Source: Blastocladiella emersonii ATCC 22665 (taxonomy: Eukaryota > Fungi > Blastocladiomycota). From it: 64,000 nt of DNA. Shown here piece by piece: positions 12,733 to 24,885 of this stretch. Numbering within the stretch: position 1 is the stretch's first letter; each line of letters opens with the position of its first letter. The position numbers were made by a program, and so were the translations under genes. Location of the stretch: NCBI GenBank assembly GCA_025594325.1, contig JANHCV010000001.1, positions 4,960,001 to 5,024,000 of the forward strand, written 5' to 3'. The notes beneath the pieces are model-generated. The model was not told the origin of the DNA. It ran no database searches and saw only the letters and a list, made by a program, of their open reading frames with translations.

Positions 12733-13202
12733 GGTGGCGGTTGCGGTAGGTGGCGAGGACAGCTCGGCCGCGCTACTGAGGATGGTCGCGGTGGGGATGG
12801 TGACGCGCAGTGGAGCGCGAGCAGGACCAGCGGTCGAGGCGCGCGAGGGATGTGTACGTCCTCATGTGATGTCGCGACGGCAGGCTGCTGAGCGCTCACG
12901 AATGACGCACAATACTCGGGGTTTCTCGTTTCTTTTTAGCTGGATTATCATGATGACGCGTCAAGTTTAGGATGAGGGCTATATAAAACTGATTAATCAA
13001 GCGGATCAAGCGCGAGAACCCATAGCGACGGGTCAGGCGGAATCAGGTGACGTGAAACAACTGCAGCCGCCACGCGTGCCGCCGCGCGCGACTCCCTGTG
13101 TCGCCGCCGAGTCAGGCTGGCCGCCGGAAACCGTGACGAGACCCCAAATTGCGAGCACGCGAGTCTCTGCAATCCCAACGTAACACACCACGAATCGACA
13201 CC

Positions 13203-13933
13203 ATGCGCCCCCTGACCGAGGAGGAGACCAAGAGCTTCTTTGAGAAGCTCGCCAAGTAGTGAGTGTCGGGCCACTTTCTGCTCGTCTCACACGGCCCCGA
13301 GCCTAACCGCGAGAACGTGTGTGTGTGTAGCATCGGCAAGAACATCACTCTGCTGATTGACCGCGTGGACGACCCGCACTGCTTCCGGCTGCACCGCGAT
13401 CGCGTCTACTACGTGTCCGAGGCGCTGATGCGCCGGTCCGTGAGCATTGGCCGCGACGAGCTGTGCGCGCTCGGCACGTGCTTTGGCAAGTTCACCAAGT
13501 CGGGCCTGTTCCGCCTGCACATCACGGCGCTCGACCTGCTTGCGCAGTACGCTCGCGTACGTGACTTGCTCGGTGTGTGATCCTGCCGAGCTTGCACTGA
13601 CCTCTTTGCACGCGTGTAGTACAAGGTGTGGGTCAAGCCCAACGGTGAGATGCCCTTCCTGTACGGCAACCACGTCCTCAAGGCGCACCTCGGCCGCATC
13701 TCGGACGACATCCCCGAGCACACGGGTGTGATCGTGTACAACATGAGCGACGTGCCATTGGTACGCTCCCCTCGCCTCACGACCGATGATGGCTGTCTCC
13801 TGACCACTCGATCATGTAGGGCTTCGGTGTGACGGCCAAGTCCACGTCCGAGACGCGCAAGATGGACCCGACGGCGATCGTCGCGTACCACCAGGCCGAC
13901 GTCGGCGAGTACATTCGTACCATGGAGGAGTAG
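13203..13933 (+). CDS. NIP7: 60S ribosome subunit biogenesis protein Nip7 (PUA domain)
   Basis: Spliced product [92 protein letters not shown]. Three GT-AG introns. Confidence 0.96.
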
Positions 13934-14272
13934 GCGGCGGAACGATGATGGCCGGAGAAGGGTGACGGCGGCCGTGATTGATTGGGGTCTAGGCGATCCC
14001 CGCGCGGCTGCTGCACCCACCCCACCCACCCTTGAATTTTGTACTGTAGCTATATAAACATGAACTATGCATCTTTGCTTGCCACATCCATGCTTGATGG
14101 AACGGAACCGCGAGACATGAGACGAAACGCGGGTCGCGATCTCTCAGGTGACGAGAGGTGATCGCGGCGCGCAAGTCACAGCGACCGTGGAGACAGTTTC
14201 CTCCCTCTCTTCCAATCCGACCGACAACCTCCTTTCTGCAACGAAACGACTCGACGCAACGAATCAACGACC

Positions 14273-15004
14273 ATGAGCAGCGTACAGACCGTGACGCCCG
14301 GCCAGCGCATCGGCTCGACGGCCGACGTCAAGGCCGGACCGGGGACCTACGTCCGCGCCGGGCAGGTGTATGCGACGGTGGTGGGCGAGGTGGTCACGTC
14401 GACCAAGAAGGCGAAGGGCGACAAGGGCGAGAGTAAGGTTTGTTAGCCGCTCGCTCACGTCCTAAGGACCGCACGAAGTGCTGACTGGCGGGATCCCCTT
14501 CTCCGCGATAGATCATCCAGGTTTCCGGCAAGCGCGCAGCGGCCGCGGTCCCCGTGATCGGTTCGGTGGTGACGGGCCGCGTGAAGCGCATCAACTCGCG
14601 CATGGCGGTGGTGGCGATCCAGCTGGTGGGGTCGGCGACGGTCAAGGAGGAGTTCGAGGGGGTGATCCGCGTCGAGAACGTGCGTGCGACGGAGCGCGAC
14701 AAGGTGCAGATCCCGACGAGCTTCCGGCCGGGCGACGTGGTGCGCGCCGAGGTGCTGTCGCTCGGCGAGGCCCACTCGTACATTCTGTCGACGGCGCGCA
14801 ACGACCTCGGCGTCATCTTTGCCCAGAGCGCGGCCGGGTCGACCATGGTCCCGATCTCGTGGATGGAGATGCAGTGCCCAACGACCGGCGGTACGATGCT
14901 TCGACGGTGCTGTTGCGATGGCGAAGGCTGACCCGATGCGCTCCAACCGTGTAGCCATCGAGTACCGCAAGGTGTGCCAGATCGAGAGCGCCGCGTCCGA
15001 ATGA
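14273..15004 (+). CDS. CSL4: Exosome cap subunit Csl4/EXOSC1
   Basis: N-terminal VTPGQRI..GPGTY; S1 domain GVIRVENVRATERDKV..SFRPGDVVRAEVLSLG..LSTARNDLGV; Zn-ribbon-like MVPISWMEMQCPTTG..EYRKV. Two introns. Confidence 0.94.
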
Positions 15005-15234
15005 GGACGGCGACGCGGATGAATAAACGATTAGTGTATTTGACCTGTACCGGAGACTGAGTCGGAGACGTGGTGGCTCATCCGATGCGCGCGGGGCAGC
15101 AAGGTCGGCGGGCGAACGCGCGGACACGGTTGACTCGACCCGTCTTCCCCTTCCCCCCTCTCTCTCTCCTCATAAACCACCGAGGGACCGGCCTCCTCTC
15201 CCGCACTCGCTGCACTGTAACACGCATCAACATC

Positions 15235-17498
15235 ATGTCAGGAAAAGGCAAAGGCAAGGGCAAAGCGCGCGCCTCGACGCCCGAGCTCGCGTCGCCCACG
15301 CCCGCCACCGAATCTCCGCTCCCCTCCTCGTCGGCCTACGCGCCGTCCGGCCGCCTGTGCCCCCTGTACCTCCCGCCTCTCCAGACCGTCGATCCGGCCG
15401 TCCGCGACCGCGCGCTCGCCGTGTCGGTGCGCGCCGTCGCCGCGACCCTCGAGGCGCCCGACGCCGACGCCTTCTTCGCGGCCTCGGCGGCCTCGTGCAT
15501 CCCCGAGTTCATCGAGAGCTACCTGCGCTTCCGCAGCCCCGTTGTACCGGGTGTATCGGTGACGGCCGCGGGCGTGCGCGCGATCGACCGCGCCGCGGAC
15601 GCGCTGACGTTTGCGTGGTTCCGTCGCCTCGCCGCGTCGCTCGCCTCCGCCACCACCGACCCGTCGGCCGCGCACGCCGTGCTGTCGTCGGTCTCGGCGC
15701 TCGCGCTCGTCGACTTCGCCAAGTGGTACGGGCACACGGGCGAGCCGGCGCGGTCGACGCTCGGCGCGCTGCTGGGCGCGCGGCCGGACCTCGAGTACGA
15801 GCTGGCGGACGTGGTCCGCGTCGCGACGCACCTCATGTCAACCGCGGTGCACGCGCGCATGGAGCAGCGCGACGGCGATGCGCCGAGCCTCGTGGCGCCC
15901 GTCGCCGACGCGCTCGCGGCGTTCGCCGCGGTGCTCGAGCTCGCGCCGTTCATGGCGCCCGCGTTCGACGATGCGTTTCTCGCTACGCTCTTCGCGTTCC
16001 ACGACCTGCTGGTCGGCGCGGCTGATGAGGGCGTGTCGGGCGCCGCGACCGAGTTTGTCGCCGCCGTGATCGCGAAGCGGTTCCTCGAGGAGCCGTCGGC
16101 CGAGGCCGTCGGGCACCTCATGTCTGTCCTCGACATGCTCGTCGGCGGCAGCGGGAACGCGGACGCGGCGGAATCGCTCATGGCGCGCGTCGCCGCGTCG
16201 ACGGATCTCGTCGACCAGCTCACGGCGCCAAAGGTCAAGCCGTGGACTGCTGGGTACACTTTACCGCCTCGCTCGCCCGTGGACGTCTCGCTGACGACCA
16301 CAAACGTAGCTTCGAGTCCGTCATCGCGCGCCTGCAGACCCTGCGCACGCGCAAGTCCAAGCCGGCCGTCGCCGGCCCCACCTCCACCTCCGCCTCGACC
16401 AACCTCGACGCCGCCGTCCTCGCCAGCACCGTGCAGCAGGTGCAGGACCTGTTCCCGCTCATGACCCCCGCGCAGATCACGTCGCTCCTGCCTCGCTTCG
16501 CCAACGACACGGCGCGCCTGATCGACGCGCTGCTCACAGACCCGGCGCTGCAGTCGCACGTCCCTCCCGAACAAGCCGCGGCCGCCGAAGCCGCGCGCGA
16601 TGCCGCCGCCGAGGCCGCCGAAGCCAAGCTCCGCGCGTCGATCCGCGCGCGGCTCGCCGCCATGGACGCGTTTGACCCGGCGTCCGTCGTGCGCAAGCGC
16701 CAGGCGAAACTCGTCGAGGACGACGCGGCCGCGCGCGCTGAGGCGAAGGCCGCGGTGCTCCGCCGCGCTGCCGCGATCGCTGCCATGGACGACGAGGACG
16801 AGGCCGAGGAGGCGGCCGCGCGCGCCATGGCGATGCGCGTCAAGGCTGCGCCCGCGGCCGGGTACGAGGATGACGAGTACGACGACACCTACGACGCGGT
16901 GGACGTGCACATCGCCGACGGCGCGACCGCCGACCAGGTCGACCCCGAGGCCGCGATGCGCGCGCGGCGCGGCGGCGGGGCCAAGGAAGCTGCCGCATCC
17001 GCTGCGGGCCGCCCACCGGCCGCCAACATCGTCCCCGCCGACCCCGCGGCCCGCAACGAGGAGACCCTGTTCCGCGCATTCCAGCGCAGCCCGGACGTGT
17101 TCCAGCGTACGGCCAAGTCGACGGCCGAGCGCGCGGACCTCCGCAAGGCCACGGGGATGAGCGACCAGCAGATCGAGGGGTGGGCTAGCATGCTCCGCCG
17201 CGAGCCCGCGCGTATGCGCCGGCTCGAGGCGCGGTTCCAGTTTGCCGGAAACCACGCGCCGGCGGCACGCGCGGCGCCAGCGGCGGATGCGGCGCCGAGT
17301 CGCGGGGGACGGAGCGGTGGTGGGCGCGGCGGCGGCAAGAGCGGCGATGCGAGCGACGCGCCATCACCGTCCGCCGACGCGAACGACCGCGGCGGGTCCG
17401 GCTCGCCGTCGCGCAGCGGTGGTCGGGGCGGCGGCCGCGGTGGCCGCGGCGACCGGCTCAAGCAGCACTGGAAGAAGACGGCCGACAAGATCTACTGA
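15235..17498 (+). CDS. CUE-domain protein, ASCC2/Cue3-like
   Basis: CUE-like VQQVQDLFP..ITSLLPRFANDTARLIDALL, the YEDDEYDDTYD motif, QIEGWASML, and an RGG-rich C-terminus. One intron near 16250-16310. Confidence 0.8.
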
Positions 17499-17600
17499 TC
17501 CCCACCCTATCCCAACGTAATAGACCAACTAGTGCGTAGCATATCATGTGTGTGTGTGTGTATCGTCTCTCTACATGGACCCCCCTTCCCGTTCTCTCCA

Positions 17601-20217
17601 TCATCCGCGCGCGATCCGTTCCCGCACGACCACGACAACGACGGCCGCGACCGCAGCCACGACCCCCGTCACCCCGACGGCCTTGGCGGGCGACGGCGTG
17701 TGTGCGGCGACCCAGTCGGCGACCCTGCGTGCCCAGGGCGCGCGCGGGACCGGGATCGTGCGCCAGCCGAGCCGCCACTCGAGCGTGCGCAGCTTGCGGC
17801 GCGTCGTTGGCGGGTACCGCGACCGGTCGTCGGCGGCGGCCGCGAGCGCGTTGCGCGCGCTGAACAGCTGCGCCTGCGGCACCGAGAAGTGTGCGAACAG
17901 CGAGGCCGCGCTCGGCGCGGTCGCGGTCAGCGTCGACGAGAGCATGTCGTTGACTAGACACAACGGGCGAGGTTAGTTCAAGCCGAGGGAGCGGACACCC
18001 GCGAAAACGTACCCCGGAACGGCGACAACGTATCGTTAATCACGACCGCGCGCGCGTAGTGCGGGGCAAACTTATCGCGCCGGCGGGTGAAGTGGTAGAG
18101 GACGGCGAACGGCTGGCGGACCTGGACAAACGCCGCGAGCTCGCGCTTCGTGAGCGCGACCACGGGCAGGATCGGGCCCTGGCCGGGCTCTGTGAGCAGC
18201 GGGGACCCGGCGTCGCACACGACAACCGTCGGGTACATGACGAGGCTCGGGTCGTGCCACCGCCCACCGGCGACGACGCCGCCGCGCGGCGGGTGCGCGG
18301 GCTTCTTGACGCGCGGGCCGGGGCGCGAGCTGTCGGCGGTCGCCGCGGGACCGTGTGCGCCGACGGCCGAGCTCTCGTCGGCGGACGGCGCGCCGTCTGC
18401 ACCGCCGGCATCCCCCGAACCCGCAGCGGCGGCGGCGGCGGCCTCCTCGTCGTCCTCGTAGTCGGAGAAGGGGTCGTCGGACGGCCGCAGCCGGCCCTCG
18501 AGCGCCGTGTGGGCGAACAGGTCCGTGTGCTCGATGAGGAGGGCCTTGACCTGGTCGAGGACGAGCGGGTCGGGGAGCCGCGAGTACTCGTCGGCGAAGA
18601 AGGGGTTGCGGACAAACATTTCGTCGATGGCGGCCTGGAGGCACTCGACGAGCTTGGCCTTGAGCTTGGGCAGCGTGACCACGTACGACGGCTTGTACGG
18701 GAACATGCCGGCGGACGTGAACGCGGCCTCGACGATGCGCCGCGCCGCGAGCGGGATCACGTCCGGGTCGTCGACGATGGTCGGGCACTTGCGCACGGTA
18801 TCGAACTTGTTGGCGATGCCCATCCCGCCAGCCTTGAGGCACGGCTCCGGGTTCCAGATATCGGCCGACCACACGAAGTCGACGACGGGCGGCACGTAGA
18901 AGATCGAGTCCTGGATCGCCACGCCGTTCTCGTCGAGCAGCGCCGGGATCACCTGGCGCAGCACTGCGCACACGGCGGGCGACCGCGGGTTCGGGCACAG
19001 CAGCGCGCAGTTGCCCGCAGCGAGCGCCGACGCGATCGGTACCAGCGCGTGCATCAGCGGGTACTCGCACGAGCTCAGGATCATGATCACGCCGCACGGC
19101 GCCGCGGTCGTCGCCTGTGTTGGCGCAAAGACTAGACGTGCGGAAACGGGTCAGCTGGTTCGGGATACTGCGTTGTGAGGGGATACGCACGGAATCCCGT
19201 CTCGACGTGATCCTTGGCAGTCCACCGGTCGAGCTCATCCTGAGCGCGCGCGATCTGGGTCTCGGCCGTCTTGATCTCGAACAGCGCTTCCCGGGAGCAA
19301 TGCCCGTCGTGGCACAGCGCCTCCATGAGGCGGTCGCGGTGCAGGGCAATGACGTGGCCGAGCTTGCGCAGCTGGTCGCGGCGCCACGCCATGGACCCGA
19401 CGCGGCCCTCGACGAACGCCGCCTTGAGCGCGAGCGCCGTCTCCTCGGCAACCGTCGTCGCGAGCTCGTCGCGCGGGACAAACCCGGACTCGCTGCTCGG
19501 CGACCCGAACCCGCTGCCCGCCGCGGGCGACGCCACGGGGAAGAAGGCCTGGCGCGGCGCCGGCGGCGCGGCCAGGGACCCGCCGGTGCCCGGCGCAGTC
19601 GCGGCAGAGTACAGCCCGCCCGCGGCGGCGGCGCGGCTGCGAGTCGACCCGGCAGACCGCATGCCCGTCATGGCGGCGGGACTCGGGCCAGCACTCCGCG
19701 GGTGGCCGCCGTGGTAGCCGCCGCTCTGCGGGGTCGGGAGGCCCGTGAACCCGGCGGACCCGAGCGTTGGTGGTGCGCCGCCGGCGCCGGCACCGCCGCC
19801 GCGCGGCCGCGTGCCGGGCACGTACAGCGTGGACCGGACGTCGTCGAGATCCTCGTCGTCGCTGAGGGCGGCGTCGCCGTAGTACTCGTCCTCGACGTCG
19901 ACATACGCCTTACCAGCGCCGGCGGGGTATCGGTACTCGTCCTCGGCGCGCGCCATGCCGCCGACAACGCTACCGGCAGCCGTGAACGACGACCGGCGGG
20001 TGCCGGGGACCGAGGGCTCGTCGTCGCCGTCGCTGTACCCGTCGTATCCGCCCCCAGAGTGCGGCAGCGACGGGTGGTACAGGTGCGGGCTCAGGCCCAC
20101 GACCACGGGCAGCGGCGCCGCCGCGGCGTCGAGCGGGTCGCTGTACATGGAGGAGTATTCGCTGGCGGACGGCGGCGGCGGGCGCGGCGAGGTCGTCGGG
20201 ACGCCGGACGAGAGCAT
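17601..20217 (-). CDS. Aldehyde dehydrogenase class-3-like protein, apparently catalytically inactive
   Basis: ALDH3-like segments WRRDQLRKL, GVIMILSSCEYPL..ASALAAGNC, GPILPV, RYPP, plus a C-terminal hydrophobic tail. Catalytic positions are substituted (see findings). Introns near 19116-19190 and 17965-18040. Confidence 0.75.
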
Positions 20218-20630
20218 GGTGGTATGCGCGCTGCGCTCGTGGTATCGATGTTGATGGTACAGAGGGAGGGAGGGCGGACCCCGCGAGGTCGGTCGGCGTC
20301 AGCGTCGCTTCGGTCGACGCAACGCTGGCCCAGCGCAACGCAAAACGCAAGATAGAGTGCCGGGTGCGCGGGCAGTTCCGTTGCCGATGCCGTTGCCGTG
20401 AGTGCGGGTGGGCGTGCGCTGGCGGGGGAGGGAGGGGCGGTGCGGACGACGGCAAGGGGGCGGCGCCGCGGCGAGCAAGGCGATCCAAAGCCGCTCACGG
20501 GATGCTTGAACTTTACGTACGACGGCGACGCCGCCCCGTCCGTCCCTGACAGCGGGCACCACCAGAACCTGTGTGCAGCAGCAGTAGTGTATTGTCTCTC
20601 ATCGTTTCCAGCTTGCACCCGCGGCCCAGC

Positions 20631-23555
20631 TTAAACGTCGCGGTCGACGGCGAGCGCCGCCGCGAGCGTCTGGCGCATGTGGTCGCTGGGCGCCTTCTCG
20701 GCAATGATCTGCCCGACGGCGGTGCGCACGTCGCCGCGGATGTCGCCCGAGTACTATGGGGGCAGGTCAGTGTCATGAAACCACCCAGCCGTGAACCCAG
20801 AAAGCGTACCATGCGGAGCAGCGTGGCGAGCGACCCGAGCGACCAGCTCGACCACTGGGTACGGTCGGCGGCGGCGGGCTCAGCGACCGCGTCCTCGAGC
20901 AGCGAGTGCGCGATCTGCGCGAACAGGGAGTCGCGCTCGCGCTCGGCGTTGGCGAGGTTGCTGCGGATCGTGGCGACCGTGGCCTCGGGCTCGTTGGCGT
21001 CCATGCGCGTCACCTGCTCGAGCTTGTCCTCGAGCGCGTCGATGCGGTACAGCGCCTTCTTGACCGTCAGGCAGATCACCTCGAGCGCGAACACGGGGCC
21101 CACCTCGTCGCCGCCCTCCTCCTCGTTCGCCGCCGCCGCCGCGGGCGCGGGAGCGGTCTCGCTGCCGTCCACGGCCATGGCCTCGTCACCGCCCGCGCCC
21201 GCGCCCGCCGAAGCCGCCGCCGGCCCGTTGCGCATCGTCTCCATGAGCCACGCCACGACGTGCCCGGGCTCACACACGCGGTAGTGCAGGAGCTTGTCGA
21301 CGACGATGAGGAAGAACTGGCGGTGGCGCTTCCAGAACTGGAACACGGACGCGACGAGCTGGGCCTTGGCGCCGGCGTGCGCCGCGGGCGCGAGCTTGCG
21401 CAGGAGGGGCAGGTACCGCTCGAGCACCGTCATGGTGTGCGAGAAGGTCTTCTGGCCGTGCGCGAGCAGCGCCGTGAGCACGGTATGGCGGAGCTGCCCC
21501 GTGGCCTCGGTCGGGTCGACGGGCACGCCCTCGACCGTCGTGCTCGTGTTGTTGAGGAACCGCTCGCAGTACTCGAACAGCTCGTCGGGCGACACGCGGT
21601 GCCGCACCATCTCGCCAATCTGCTCGGCGAACGCCGAGTGCTCGGGCGACGGGTACACGGGGGTCCCCGCGCGCGGCTCGAGCGCCGCGTACGCGAGCTT
21701 GAGCTCCTCGGGCAGCGTGCCGCGGATCCGGTCGTAGTACGCTAGCCGCGTGATGCGCTCCAGGACCACCAGCACGAACGCGCGCCGCTTGGCAAACACG
21801 TCGCCCTGCTCCTCCTCCGGGTCCGCGCCCTCGGGCAGCGTCGGCGGCTGCAGCACATACGCCCAGTCGGCCCACTTCCACCCGAACCCAAAGTTGGACA
21901 GGTGGTGCGAGAACAGGTCGACGAGCCGGACCAGGCAGTCCGGGTCCGTGGCCTCGAGCCGGCCAAACGACACGTGCAGCGCCTTGCCGAGCGCCTGCGC
22001 GACGCGCTTGGGCGACACGCGGCACAGGCCCATGATCACGTCCGTGTAGAAGACGGGGCGCACCTGCGGCAGCGGGAGCCGGAACAGCGCCGCGAAGATG
22101 GTCTCGATGAGCAGCTGCTCGAAGTTGTACTCGGGCATCTGCGCGTGCGAGCCCTGCGAGGGCCCGACGACCGCGGCCTCCTCCTCGTCCAGCACAAACG
22201 TGCCGGCCTGGAACAGCAGCTTGAGGTCGAGCAGCGACCGCGCGCCGGCCTTGTGGTTGTTCTGGATGTTGATGAGCAGGTCCTGCACCAGCTCGACGCA
22301 CACGAGCCGCTCGACGGTCGCCGTCTTGGGCACCTGCGGCACAAACGCCGCGTTCGGGTGGTCGGCGGGGAACCCGGGCAGCGCCGCGAGCTCGTCGTCG
22401 AACACGCGGAACACGACGGGCGGCGGCGCGTCAAAGTGCGCCATGGCGGGGCGGTCCGCGACCGCGGGCAGCTCGACGGGCGCGACCACGAGCGACGCCT
22501 GGTCGACCACGGGGAACGTGAAGGCCACGGGCCACGCGGCGAGCGGCGCGATCGCGGGACCCGCGAGCTGCCCGTCCACGGCGCTCGGCACCGTCTCGGT
22601 CCACAGCTGCGCGACGTTGGACGCGAGGTGCAGCAGGTAGTCGGCCTGGTCGAACGGCGCCGTCGCGGGGTCGAGCGGGCGCAGCGCCTCGAGGAGCGCC
22701 TGGCGCTCGGGATCCGCGGCGCGCGACTGCACGTAGGTCCCGACAGCGCCGAGGAGGGCGACGCGGAAGGGCGCGAACGTCTGCGGCGCGAACAGCGTGG
22801 CGCCGAGGACGGCTGTCGCGTACGAGTCGTTGCGGTAGTCGAGCACGCCCGACTGCAGCGCGGCCGTCAGGGGCTCGAGGATCGCCGCCACGACGCTGCC
22901 GGCGTCGAGGACGCCGAGCTCGGCCGCGTACGCGAGGAACCGCACAATACTGCGCAGGTGCGCGGGGCGCTCGACGATCAGGGCCTGCGTCAGGTGCTGG
23001 TGCACGGCGTCGAGCACGGCGGCGCCCACGGTCTGGTCCTGCTGCGTGATGGCGGACAGCATGGCCGCGTACACGTGCGGCTTGTGCGACAGCTCAGCGG
23101 TGCTACACGTTCACGCACGCACGCGCGTCGAAATGAGTCCCCGATGACGCAAGACGCTGTGCGAGGGAGCGAAACGCACCACCCGGCAAACGTCGTCAGG
23201 ATCATCTCGCGGTGGTTGTTGAAGTCGCGCACCACGACCGTGGCCACGTCGTTGATCATGGCGACGGCTTGGATGGGCTATACGGGAAGGCGAGAGGGGT
23301 AAGGGGCGCTCCGAGCAGCAGCGGAGACGCAGGCACGCGCGCGCGCACCTTATCGCCGGCCATGACGAGGAGCGACCGCAGCTTTTGCGCCTCCTCGACG
23401 TGCGGGTCGACCATGCGGCGACCGCGGCCGCCGTTGCCGCCTCGGCGCTGGAATACGGGACGACCTGGAAACGCAGGGGCAAGGGGGTCGGTGAGCGGGC
23501 GCGGTCGACCAAACGTAATGACGGGTTTCATGCGATGCATACCATGCGCGTTCAT
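20631..23555 (-). CDS. NCBP1: Nuclear cap-binding complex large subunit CBP80/NCBP1 (Cbc1/Sto1)
   Basis: KLRSLLVMAGDK, AVQLSHKP.VYAA, IETIFAALFRLP, LVDLFSHHLSNFGFGWKWADW, RITRLAYYDRI, QKTFSH, FWKRHRQF..IVVDKLL. Several introns. Confidence 0.92.
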
Positions 23556-23748
23556 GATGTCGTAGCAGCAGAACCGCGAGTCGGGCGGGTTTCGACGGCG
23601 TCGGCGGGACAGGCCTCCGTCGTCAGCGGCGCTGCGGCGCTAGCGAGCGGTCGCGAAAAAAGCGGCCGCTGAAGCATCACGTGCGCGAGGCTGACTCGTC
23701 GACAGGCGCGGCTTCGCGTCCTTTTGACCTCCTCACACCTCACCACCC

Positions 23749-24274
23749 ATGGATCAGAGCGAGCAGGGACTCGTCGCAACGATCACGCCTGAGCCGGTTG
23801 CTGCCATGGACCCGCTCGCCATGTTCATTGTGGTCCGCCGCGACCTCATCAAGACGCTGGCGTGGCCCCTCGGGAGGTAACGCTGCTGCTTTCGTTGTCG
23901 TGATGCACCCCTTGACCGTTCTCAAGGATAGTGTGATTGCTCAGGGATCTCATGCCGCGACGGCGGCGCTGTGGAAGTTCCGTGCGCACCCAGACACGGA
24001 GGCCTACGCCGCGCCCGACAACATTGACCGCATGCACAAGGTCGTGTACGAGGTGCGAACTCTCACATAACACTCTCAAATCGAAGCTTACTCTTGCCCT
24101 CAGCTCAAGAACGAGTCCCAACTCGCCGCGCTGGCTGCCCGGCTCGAGGAGCGCGGCATCGAGCACTATCTTTGGCGCGAGCAGCCCGAGAACATGCTCA
24201 CGGCGCTTGCGACGCGGCCGTATCGCAAGAGCGAGGTCGGCGACGCGTTCAAGAAGTGCGGGCTCTTCCGCTGA
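23749..24274 (+). CDS. PTRHD1: Peptidyl-tRNA hydrolase PTH2 family, PTRHD1-like
   Basis: MFIVVRRDL..WPLG|SVIAQGSHAA..DRMHKVVYE|..HYLWREQPEN..TALATRPY. Two introns. Confidence 0.88.
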
Positions 24275-24885
24275 TCCGGGCTAATAGATGCGCGTGCGAT
24301 AGACATCGGTTCTACGCGAGAGCAGCACTTCTTCACTCGCACACCCTCATGTCCACCTTGGACGAGAGATTTTCGCGCTGGTTTCCACGTGAACCTGCTT
24401 GATCGTGCCAGATCGAGGGGGGACGCGCCATGACCTTCCTTAATCGTTATTGCACGGCACCTCATCGCGACTACCACCGTGCTTGCAACATCACGCTGGA
24501 CTCTCGGTATCCTGCCATCGCGAGTGAGGCGCACGATCCACCGCATCAGTTCGTGATCGCTGACCTGATGGGCTTGGAAAATCCCTCGCCACACGCTAAA
24601 CTCGCCTATCATCGCCGGATCGCCCCGAGAATGAAAGCCTCTTCTCGCTCTCGCCATGAAGATCGGGCCTCGTCGGCGGGGGAGCTGCTTGTCCTCGGCG
24701 TGACGGCCAAGGACCACGATCCAAGCGAGTGGCGACGACGTTGCTAGGTCAAGGAGGGCTCAAGGAAGAGGAGCGACCACCGATTCGATCAAGGAAAGCA
24801 AGGGTGTTACTATGCAATTGTGTACTATGCAATCAAAACGATTTTAGACGAAGATGCTGTCGCGAGTCGCGAGGCGCGAAGCTCG

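Noticed and set aside
24290-24880. Lower-GC stretch with ORF 24430..24747
   Set aside because: No coding bias, terminal repeats or transposase motif; consistent with 3' UTR/terminator sequence of two convergent genes.
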